This document shows, piece after piece, positions 35,861 through 48,300 of a DNA stretch of 64,000 bases. The notes below the pieces were generated by a model that saw only the letters and a list, made by a program, of their open reading frames with translations, had not been told where the DNA came from and made no database searches. The DNA lies in the NCBI RefSeq assembly GCF_022539665.2, contig NC_081332.1, positions 6,138,001 to 6,202,000 on the forward strand, given 5' to 3'. Within the stretch, counting starts at the first letter, position 1. Each line of letters begins with the position of its first letter. This DNA comes from Daphnia carinata. Lineage: Eukaryota. The position numbers and the translations under genes are program-made.

Positions 35861-38800
35861 TCATTCTTTGTACGAATCCCAGTTGTGAGCGAGCATAATC
35901 GAATAATCGAACGGCGTTAGTCCGAAGAGTGATCGCAGGCCAGGTGGTAATGTAGAACAAAGTTCTTCCATATTATCATTTTCCAAGTGTTCTTCGAGAA
36001 TGTTAGTTCCATTCGCCCGAAAGCTGAACAGATCGCTACTTGAAGGGCAAAAGAATGGCAGTAGCTTGGGTATTCCGGTTTTAATTTCATTAAGCTTTGA
36101 AACCAGACCACACAGATGCTTCCGACGTCGGATCAAAACAGTGGCTCTGTAACCACCAATAAAATCCGTTTCGAATTTGCTATCTTTCTTCAGTTCATGC
36201 AGTAAGTTCATCGAGATGATTTCGGCAGTGTGATGATCATCACTACTAGTACGCCATATGTGAATACGTAGGGAGACGCCTTTCCACTTGTCACGAATCT
36301 GTAAGCCCAAATTATAAGCTTGCGTTGAGGTCAATGTCGTTCCAATTAGGGACAGCTCTTTTAAACGCGGACAACCAGCGACTACTGCGTACAGAAGCCA
36401 ATGAATCGGGTCACCTTGACCAGTACTATGTGGCTGCTGATTCACTTTCTGGGTTGCTGTCGCTGGACATGCTGACCACGATGACTCTGCAGCTGCACAA
36501 AACTGAACGAAATTCAATTCCAGTTCAACGAGTTTCTCGCATTTCAGCAATCGACGAATAAGCGTGCAAGCTGTTTGCGAAGGTCGCTGCCAAGCGATGG
36601 AGCAAAACGACATGCACAATCTCTCCAATTGCCGGCCCAGCCGACGCTGAATAGCACGGAAGAATTTCTTTGTTTTGATGTCGTTGAGTGGTGATATGCA
36701 AGGGGTAGGCGTGGCGCTTTCTGGCATCTTTGGTTTCATACTGACTGACAGTTCCGTCAAATTCCTCAGTTGATCGAGTAAAACGAAAAGTTCTGGTCCA
36801 GCCACTGTTTCGACATCCTTCTTATTCAACCCCTGTAAGGAAAGAATGCAGGAGGTAGAATTGATTAGTTTCTTGGCGAATGTTGCTTACCTGGAATGTT
36901 GCAACAGTTTCTGTCAGAGAGAGCTTGGTCAAGTTGGGCCATTGACTTTTGCCATTGAGGCTTTCACTGTGAAAATCCGTTTCTGGTTTGACAAAGATCG
37001 ATTCATTTCCCAGCATTTCTGCGCAGTCCTCGGGAAATCTGAATAGCAATACAGATGTTTGAAGAATGCTTTCTCCCAACATATTTTGCTTAAAGAACAT
37101 ACCTGGCGGTGATGACGGGAACGTTTGAAGACGTTGGACGAGAACTTGTTGTGGGCAGTTTGAGACGCAAAGCGCTTAGCATCTGCGATAAATTCGACCT
37201 TGGCGTACGTTCGTCATTTTGATATGTTGCAATTTGGCTGATCAAGGACATGCACGAAGCTCCCGCAGATGGTACAGTGTGCAAGGACATGTGCAGGAGA
37301 AACCGACAACCGGTCAAGTTCAATTCTTCCAGTTGACTAGATCTCATCAATCGATCCACTATCCTAAGAACGGAATTATTCTGTAGAACCAATAAAATTG
37401 TTAAGTTCAATTCATTCACAGTATAAAATCCTCAAGTTACTTCGATCGTAAATTTCCATCCGGCCAAAGAAAGTGATACCAGTTTAGAGGCAGTTGAAAG
37501 CGCATAAATTAGTTTGATTATGCATCCTTTATCAATATTAATATATCCTGAGGACACATCTAACCAGGTCAGATTTGTGTTTATTAAGATGGGAAGAACT
37601 TCTTCAAATCTGAATCAAACGAAAAAAAAAAAAAAAAAATTTAATGACAGAACCTTTAGTTTTGTGTTAACTAAAGTACTTTTTTAGTTTTGCTAAGCGT
37701 AGTGACTTCAAACTGTGACTGCGACGTGTGGCTTGTCCTAAACAATGCAAATCCATCGGTTCCAGAAAACACCCCGTCAAATCCAACTTTGATAATTGGC
37801 ACTCGGGTTCTTGGAGGGCGATAAAAAGGGAATGAAATCCGCTTGCATGGGTGCCAAGTTGGCATTCAGGTTCATTTAATTTGAAGAACCCAAGTGCATT
37901 TGGCGCCACGATACCTTTTTAGAAATATGATAATGCTCATGTCAGAAATATTACAAAATAACACCAAATGAAAAAGTAAATATAAAACGTGCCTGGCAAT
38001 CTCAGTCCGTCTTGAAGTTTGAAATCATTATGATTGCTGGATTCCAACACCGACAAAATCAAGGCCAATAGGTTTGCTTCGTTGTAAGCACTTTCGTCAT
38101 CACGTTTCACTGAGCTTGACGAGACAGCGGTCGTATCAATAGACTTTCTTGAACCAACAGGTTCCAGAACGTTAATTCCCGCGCGTTGCCGGGCTGCAGC
38201 TTTAAAGTAAGACTCCAAAGTTTGCAAGTCTCCTGGTGAGCCTTCTTCGTAACGATTGTCTACTCTGGACGGAGGTAACGTTTTCAGTAAATTCAGGGAT
38301 ACTGAAAACAGAACAAAAAAACGTGTGAAATCAATGCAAGACAACCAAATTTACGTTGAAAAGATTACCTGAAAGATGCTGGAGTGATTTTAAAAGTAAT
38401 GCAATGGAAGCATATCCTTCTGGCTCGCACGAGAGTTTTGACAATACCAGAGATTTAACATTTGATTGGCGCAGACCCTGGCTGAGAGCGACGACTTGCT
38501 GAGTGCCAATATCGACGCTTATCTTTATAGACGTCAACGAAAAGGCAACATAGCGATAGTTGAGCATGTTGTTGACAGCCGTAACAACTTTAGGGGCCCA
38601 TGTGTCGCCGACCAAGTGCAGACTGAAGTGGCGCAGTTGGGTTTTCTTCAATGCCTGGACGGTAAAGGCTCCCATGGCAACAACGTCATTCTCGTCTGGT
38701 GCGAGCCCACAGGCTCCACTCATAACCAAACAAATAACAGAACGGTTGGTCTGAAAAGCTGTAAAAAAGCGATCCAGGGCGGCACTGTTGAATGGGGCGT

Positions 38801-41163
38801 CAGCCCAAACGAATTTTATGGAACGGATAGGACAGTCGGGCTCAGCAAGAAGACCTGCCCACCCATCCAGTTCAATCTGATTAGATCGAACAACAACGAT
38901 TTCGCTGTCAAGGATCGTTGATAAGGCGCGTACATTCTCCGTGGTGGCACCACTCTCGCGTAGCAGCTCAAAGAGCGTGATAACCGGCAACTCAAACGCA
39001 GAAAGATGATGTAAACGAAAGAAAATGGCAGCGTTTTCTTGCAACAATCCCGCCAAGAATTTGAAGATCAAGTTTATGCTTTCACGCGATATGGACGGTG
39101 ATTGCAAGAAGTTAATATGTTCAGCAAATCGTTGTTCAAGTGAACCGGAAAGGTACACTGCAGCCAGGTATTCCAGGAATGCTTTATGTATCGGTTGGTA
39201 CGATGGATTTTTAGGGATGCAAAGCGTAGTGTTACGGGGTGAATTCCTAGGGACCATCAGTCCCAATTCCAGCACCAATTCACAGCTGTTGTCAGGCAGT
39301 TCCTTTAACTGCTCGTGCGTGAACTGTGTGCCACCTCGGGCCAAAGCGTGGAGGCAAAGAAGACCGAAATTCGATAAGGCTTTTTCGTAATCGTGCTGTG
39401 TAGGAAATAACACCGGAGACACTGTAGATGGTCCATCTTGCACTACAGAGACCTGTTTCTTGTTAAGAGCCCTCCGAATAAGCCAATTAACAATTCCTTG
39501 GTAGATTTGGGTCATTTTGTGCAAGACACCGTTGGTTTTTAAGCCCTTTTCTTCATTCTCGTTGCCTTCATCTTCGAAGACGACACATAGGAAAAGGCAG
39601 GTCAACGGGCAAGATGCCAAGTGACGGCTACTTGAATAAGGCCCATCGAGCAGATTAATCAACTCGGTGCCTAAATTCGGCTTCTGTTTAATTTGGAAAT
39701 AATTCTGAATAAACTGTTCAGTTTGTCCAGTGCCAAAACCGCGGATTTCAATGCGCCGATTGAAGTAACTCAGAATATTATCGTCCGACGAAATGGATCT
39801 CGAGGTCACCACGACACTAACCTTAATAGAACAAACAGGTTAATCGTTACGTGACTTTCGCCAACTAAAAAAAAAGTATACTACCTTATCAAATATGTTG
39901 CCCTTGAGTAACATATCGATAGGTGCACGGTGATCTGGTGATAATTCGTCGAGCCCATCTAGGATAAAAAGAATGCTTTTATGATTTTCTTTGATGTAGT
40001 TCCACCAATCATCCCGGTCTTGCGACGATTCGTGTTGTGGAAAGAATTCATTAAAGAGATAACTCTGTAAGTCTCCCTGTTAATAACAAACACGTCACGT
40101 GACTTAAACAGTGCGAAGTAATGCCCAACAATTTACCTGGAAATCCCTGAGTGGGATAAGAAAAACAAGATGAAAATTGTCAATATACTCCTTTTTAGCA
40201 GCCCAGTCTGAGGCCATTTTCAATGTCAGCGTGGTTTTCCCGTATCCGGGATTGCCTTCAATGAGCACACGACACGGACGAGTCCCATTGTTTAGGGGAA
40301 ATTCACTCTAGGAAAAAATGGAAAAATTAATTAGCGATCATTATGTCGCTTGGGTGGTCGTTAAATTTTAAATAATAAACCTGTTTTTCCTGCACAATCT
40401 GTTCAAGGGATATAACAGTTGGGCCTGATCGTCCATCGAAGCGATCAGTTGTGACAAGCTGTAGCGCCGTGTAAAGATTGTCCAGGTGTGGACTGAACCA
40501 GGTACACCACGGCAAAGGCGTGAAATAAGCTAATCGATTGCGGTATCGGTCTTGGTTAAAAGTTTGAACTTTGCTAACAATAACCATCTGACTCTCCGAT
40601 CTTTGAAATGGGATCTAAAATAAAACCAAAATTAAATTTTAATGCAATGAATCGATTAATGTGAAATTACTTTTTTGGTATCCGAACAGTTTATATAATT
40701 CCATTGGCGTCGATCAACAATGACTGATGTAGCTCTGTCGAACTTTATATCCGTCTTCTGATGGAAACTGTTGCCGATATGAACACTTGAAGAATTAGCG
40801 ATTTCAACAGCACTGTTTTCGATTTTAAATTCGCCAGGGTTTGACGGCATCCCGCAATTGCTAAGCAAATCATCGCAATCAACTTGTCCATCAATCAACG
40901 CGTCTTTAGCATCAAAATCAGCTCCAGCTACTCGATCCTTCGATTTGTTGCTGTCGTTGGCGGGCACATTTTTATCTAAAATGGGTTCAGCGTCTGCTAC
41001 GTATTCGAAATCCCTATCGGTGTTCAGGTCACTGTCACCTTGTAAAGAGAACGCCATTTCGGGTCAGAAAAAAAATGTTTCACAGCGCATTCCGTGGCTT
41101 TCACGTTTCACCAGGACAGTGCAGATCTACGCAGGTTTCTTCACTGATAAACTTTTCGGACAT
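35861..41163 (-). CDS. NACHT-LRR (NLR-like) protein with N-terminal cRHIM-like motif; multi-exon
   Basis: Walker A VLIEGNPGYGKTT (~40230-40268), Walker B ILFILDGLDE (~39945-39975), sensor-1 VVVTSR, IEIRGF, LASCPL, winged-helix PIHKAFLEYLAAVYL, then LRRs (LSKLDLTGCFL, LEELNLTGC, LKELSLIGT). Start MSEKFISEETC at 41163 is inferred from splice phase. Confidence 0.9.
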
Positions 41164-41808
41164 GAACTTCTTTTGTGCCGTCTTCTCTATTTTCTTACGG
41201 ATCCATTAGACACGTGAAATGGGGAATTCCGAAGGTGACGTTATGCAACTACAGCTTGCAGCGACGTAGCCCAAATCAAGGACAATATGACTTCTTTGGC
41301 ACCATGTCACCACTCGCCATGCAACTGTCGTCGCCAATGTTGCACTACGACATTGTCCAAATTAACACTCTTCAAAATGTTAAAAAAAAAATACATATTT
41401 TGCGTAATCGTTTAAACACCACTGTTTTTTTTCTGAATTTAGATCTCGCTGCGCTGTGTGTTTAGCGGCCTTGTATCCGGCTGACTAACCTGTTCAGTCA
41501 CTCGCTTCTTGCTATAGGTTCCCTTCACTACTTTAACTTCAGACTTTACCCCCGAGGCGCAGCAACGGTTGTTTCTTTATATCCCGCACGATATTCAAGT
41601 ATCTCTTAGTATGACAAGGCACCGCCAGGTACGAAGCCACTGTTCAGAGATGTGAATACTCCGCGCCATCGCTGTTCTCCCGCCTACTTAAGATTTTCAT
41701 TTAGTTTACACTACTATATGTGTTTTTTTTTGGCTCGAAAAATAGGAATTACACGAGTATCGCCTCGGGAACTATTGACGAAATGGGATTTTCCCTTCAG
41801 ACGAGTTA

Positions 41809-43276
<1,468 letters not shown>

Positions 43277-43968
43277 TGTTGAAACTTCAACTTTTTGAGC
43301 TACGACATATAAACTCGAATATACTTTCTATATACACGTGAGCAAGATTCAGTTAGTTTGAATAACGCGAAAGCAAGCATGGCGCATGGCACCCACATAT
43401 GGAAATTTGCGTCGTCTGCTCGTGAATTATCGTCTGCACAGCAACTGGATCTTCAGCAGTTGGAGGAAGGAATGCGAGAATTCACACACAAAAGACAGGA
43501 AAAACATGCAAAAGAGAAAGGTGTAAAAATCAACAGATGAAGTCAGATACCCTACCTTCTTTTTGAAGAGTGTTGACAGAGGTGTGCCAATTGTTACACG
43601 ATGACACTGGCTGCCTCATCGACATCACACTCATGCCGTTATAGATGTTTTCTGCAATGTTTCGTCTAAGATCGTCAACTCTAAAAGCTACTATGTGATT
43701 TTCTACAACCAGGGATCTTATATTTACAAATTTTGAGGCAGTAAAAGTAAAGAACCATCGAAGAAACGTAAAAGTCATGGTGCCTTTGATTTTTGGCGTG
43801 AAATGCAGTAATTTTTAATAATAAGTACATCCTTTATGCTGAACAGTGTTTTTTAAAACCATGCCATTTCCGTAATTTAATCGTGGATGACTAAAATTGC
43901 CCATACGTAATGCTAAACCCCTCAATTCAATGCAAACTGTTTACTAGTGAACACTCTAAACCGATGCG

Positions 43969-43976
43969 TATAAAAG
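43969..43976 (+). promoter_or_regulatory. Candidate TATA box
   Basis: TATAAAAG ~60 nt upstream of the ATG at 44033; matching AATAAA at ~45032 after the stop. Confidence 0.45.
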
Positions 43977-44032
43977 TAGAAGCCAACCCGGAACAATATG
44001 TTCGAAAAAAGCTTTGGTTCTGAACGTTCACA

Positions 44033-44965
44033 ATGACGTCGATAGACAAAATCGAATCCGCCAACAGTGACATTGATGAAGAATTAGCACAGCCTCGCAA
44101 GAAGACTTACGCAAGCCCTATTAAACGTAAAGCTGAACCTCATGAGAAAAGCTGTCGTTCAGCGTGCAAAATCGGCATCTTTGTTCTGTTCATTGGCATC
44201 GTTGTAACCCTAATCGTTCTATCAACTGGCGACCGTCTGCTTGCGTCTACCATCCGCGAATCGATGCAATCGAGCGGAAACCTCATCTCCAACTGGTTTG
44301 AGCAGCCCTTAAACGACACGGACGCTTTGGGAAATATCATCGTTGAAGAACAGCCACCCGCGTGGGTAGAGAGCTGGATTACCACTACGACCGTACGTCC
44401 AATCCAGACGCCTTCAACGAAGAAACCGAGTGCTGGTGAAGTCGAACCGTCTGCTGTTCTCACGAAAGGTAACTACAGATACGAGTTTTTCAAACACACG
44501 TGGACGCTTGAGGTTGCGATTAGTATCTGTCGACGACGTAATGGCCTTCTGATTTACATAGACGATGATGATGAAATGGAATCCATCAGTCACTGGATCA
44601 GATTCAATGTCACAGACAAACTTCCTTACTCACGCGCGGGCCACTATTGGACAGGGGGATTTAGCCTAAATTCGAATCCATCATTGCTTAATTACAAATG
44701 GTCTTGGCGGGGTAGACCGGACAGTTCAAAAACAGGTTACAAAAACTTTTGCCCCAATTACGCCGCAGGCTTCCAAGGACTTTGGGAAACTGCACCCACC
44801 CGGAATTTAAACATCGTCATGGATTTCAGGCGGGGCCACATCATGGAACCAACTATGGGTTGTTGGAGGCTCCAATTTCCCATGGCTGACCTAGAAGCAC
44901 TTGGCCCGGAGCAAAAGGAACTCACCGGTCTGCCCTTTATCTGCAAAATGGCAATCACGAAATAA
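44033..44965 (+). CDS. Intronless type II membrane protein with a C-type lectin-like domain
   Basis: Internal TM (IGIFVLFIGIVVTLIVL), Thr-rich stalk, CTLD-like YEFF..TWTLEVAISICRRRNGLLIYIDDDDE, YWTGG, WSW, YKNF and FICK. Confidence 0.8.
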   Translation: MTSIDKIESANSDIDEELAQPRKKTYASPIKRKAEPHEKSCRSACKIGIFVLFIGIVVTLIVLSTGDRLLASTIRESMQSSGNLISNWFEQPLNDTDALGNIIVEEQPPAWVESWITTTTVRPIQTPSTKKPSAGEVEPSAVLTKGNYRYEFFKHTWTLEVAISICRRRNGLLIYIDDDDEMESISHWIRFNVTDKLPYSRAGHYWTGGFSLNSNPSLLNYKWSWRGRPDSSKTGYKNFCPNYAAGFQGLWETAPTRNLNIVMDFRRGHIMEPTMGCWRLQFPMADLEALGPEQKELTGLPFICKMAITK

Positions 44966-45317
44966 TTAAATAACAGAAAAGATTGATACCTCTTTACTGT
45001 TTGTATTATCTTGTACCGCCTAAGGACTATGAATAAAATTTTGCTTGAAAAAAAAAATTCTGTTATGTCATTTTTGTGTGTGAATATATAATTAGATATG
45101 AGATTTTTTAATCAACTGGTAATAATTGTAAACATTATATATATATATATACGGCATATATAGAAAAAAATGTTCGAATTCCGAAAAGGGTAGTTAAGTA
45201 GCAGATTAAAAAATTGGACTAGAATATGAAATTTGATATGAAGCGTAATTGAAGCGCAATTTCAACAGGGTGAAAAAAACAAAACAAATGGGTTGTGAAA
45301 ATGAGTTAAATATCAAA

Positions 45318-48300
45318 TTATTCTTTAAGGCTGCAATGCTGCAGCAGAGATTCGCTAGCGTCCGATGAAATGAATCGATGCTGATAGTGATGCTGGGCAT
45401 CGTGCCGTTGATGTTGGTTGATCCAACGACTCCGGTGCCCAAGTCCCGTTGTTTGCAACTCCGGACGGCTACCACCGCCAACGTTTCTCATACAACTAGT
45501 ATCAAAAACAGGATCGCATCGGCTAAATTCCCGGAATAAAGCGTCAGTGCGTTCATCAATGCTGTAATCTCTAGTCAACGATTGATGCGAATGATGTTGG
45601 TGAAGCCGTTGCTGATGTTTCCATCCTAGCGATTGCGATGAAGAGTGCGGGGCGGATGTCGAAGCGGACCGCACTTTCATTCCGTAGCGTGTGCAACGCG
45701 CGAAAACGATGGGCTTCTGACGTTCGCACATTTCGTCGTGCAGCACTTGACTCCGGCATTGACAGCCTGCATCCGTCGCTTGTGTATCAATTAAATCGTC
45801 TTCGCTAGCACTTATCCTTGCATTGGTCGCCGTCTTGGTCGATCCGGACGCCGGAACAACCGCAGATTCGAGACTGCGGTAGCCGCTATCATTGCGGAGG
45901 GCTAGCATTCTGTGATGGCTGACTGACGGCTGGATGGACGTCACTTCTAGGCCGTTAGTGCTGTCCGTGGCAGAGCTTTCGAAACTCGTGGTTACGTGAT
46001 CCATCCGGCTGGGTTCAGTGGAAGACGTTTCAATCGTGTCAATCGAATCAAAACTGCTTTGCGGATGCTGTTGGGGTGACTTCTGCAACGGACTTAGTGG
46101 GCCTGTTTGGCGTGGCAATCGGGAATTCATGGAAACACTACGGTACGAATGCCTTTTCCACGACCCGCTCGACATCGGCGGATGTAACATTGGCGTTGGA
46201 GACGGTAATTTCGTCTCACAAGTTGTTGATACGTCCTGGTTCGGTGGATTCATCGCGTACGTATTCCGCGTTCGAATTTCTTCTTCTTCGCTGGCCAAGC
46301 TCTCTGAATTGGAATCAAAGGATTCCACATCGCTCGCCACTAAACATTTAAGATATAAAAGCTTTGTAATTAATGACGATCGGAGATAGAACGTTGAACC
46401 GGGAAGAAATAGATAATCGTACCGGCATTGGCTATCGCTTCCGGTTCGGGGGAAGACGGTTCGTAAAAACCATTATGTTCCTCCAGGTTGGCTCTTAATT
46501 CCCAAACTTGGCGATATTGAGCCTGCAACGATTAATTATGAAGTTATAAAATTAATTATTGCAAAACAATGATTTAATTATCAGTTTATACGTCAATGGT
46601 CTTTTCTAAACGTTGACGGAATTCATTTTTGCTTCCGGCTTCCAAGCAGAAAAATAGATTATCTTCATTGACCTGAAATCAAACGAAAAGAATAAATCAT
46701 TTCGATGCCAATCAGCTATAGCCGATAACAAAAAATATAATACTTACGCTTTCTAGACTGCCAGGATCGTTGTAGCGAATAGTAATGCGCGGAACCTGGC
46801 CAGCAGACGCTGATTGCAACTGACTACCCGTTCCATCAATGTCATCAATGACGGATGTCGCTTCGTCTCTTTTGGAGCTCGTCATTGCTTTGTTTCTAGT
46901 TCGGAAGCCGGCCCAATCGAGACTCTCCGATCGGTTCAAGTAGCCATCATACAATGACTCTTTGGTCCGTCTATAGTTTTTTTTTGTGCATATTCCATAA
47001 CAAAAATCAATGTTCATTAGCATTAAACAATTGCAACTTAAACGTAGTTATACGCAACAAAACATACCTGTGTTGATCTTCACTCCGGTGCTGCTGATAA
47101 TTACGACGGCGGCTGGAAGAAGAAGATGACGGGCTGGCCAGTAGATCTCCGCTGCTAGGAAAGGAATGGCGATGTACCGTCAGAGAGCCATCGACCAATA
47201 TCAAATCTTTGTTGACGGCGGAGGAGGCGGTCACATTGTTGGAACAAGGGCAGTCGACCGTGTGACATCGCCATCGTTTGGTAGCCGGGCTGGCCATCAT
47301 TTGGCAGCGCGGATGCTGTTGTTGCGCAACACCCGTCGACGCTAAACAACTTCCGGTGCTTGTTAGCTCGACAAAGGCTGCGGTAGAAGACGAACGAGAT
47401 GCGTCTAGACTATCAGTCAATGGCTCTCTCATGCTTCCGCCTCGTTTATGCAACACACGACGGTTGGCAGGAGCGGCCGGATAGGCGGATGTAGCCTCGA
47501 TGCTGCGCTGGTGATAATTGCGGAGTGCCCGTCGCGTGTCGTAGTTGAGCGCGTAGGAATCTCGGCTGGCGGCGGCCGTCGGTGCCGACCGGTAATTGCG
47601 ATGGGAATTACGCCAATCAAGACGTCGCTTGCTGACGGCTGACGAGTTGGCCGAACCGTCGTCATGCGTTGCGGCGTGCCGTAAACTCCTGCGGTGACCC
47701 TCCGTCGATTTCGAGGCCACCGGTGATACACTGAGACTGTCGTTAGTTCCAGCAGCGGCAGACTCTTCGGCACCTTGCATGCGACGACTCCATCCATCGA
47801 GTTCCTCATTGACGGTCAGCAATCCGCGACGCGGCGACTCGTCCGACGCCCAAGAATCGGCTCCGCCCAGTATCGATGACGGTGATGTTGCCATAACGCG
47901 GATTGGTTCCACCTTGTCGATTATGACACGAAAATGAAATGGACTTTATCGACTTAACACAAATAGAGCCACATACGTTGGACTTTATTGCGTGACTAAG
48001 GTCATAACTGTATCGATATCTAACCGGGTTACAATTTTAAACTATTGAACCCGTCAAAATCAATCAATGCTTTTTAACTTTAATTCTCCTCTGAGTATAT
48101 AGTAGGTTTTAAAAAAGGGCGTGGCCATTAGTAATACGAAATTTTAATAGATGCTGAATAATTGGTACCTGAATGATGTAAGAATCGCTAAGATCGTCTT
48201 TGATGATTGGTGAAGGGCTCGTTCCAATGCTGGCGCTGCTTCCAGTATTAGCGAGATGTTGGTGTCCGGCAATCGAGGACGCTAGTGGACCCGGCGACGA

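Noticed and set aside
38466..39390. Plus-strand ORFs of 120-150 aa
   Set aside because: Antisense shadows of the large NLR exon, with no recognisable motifs
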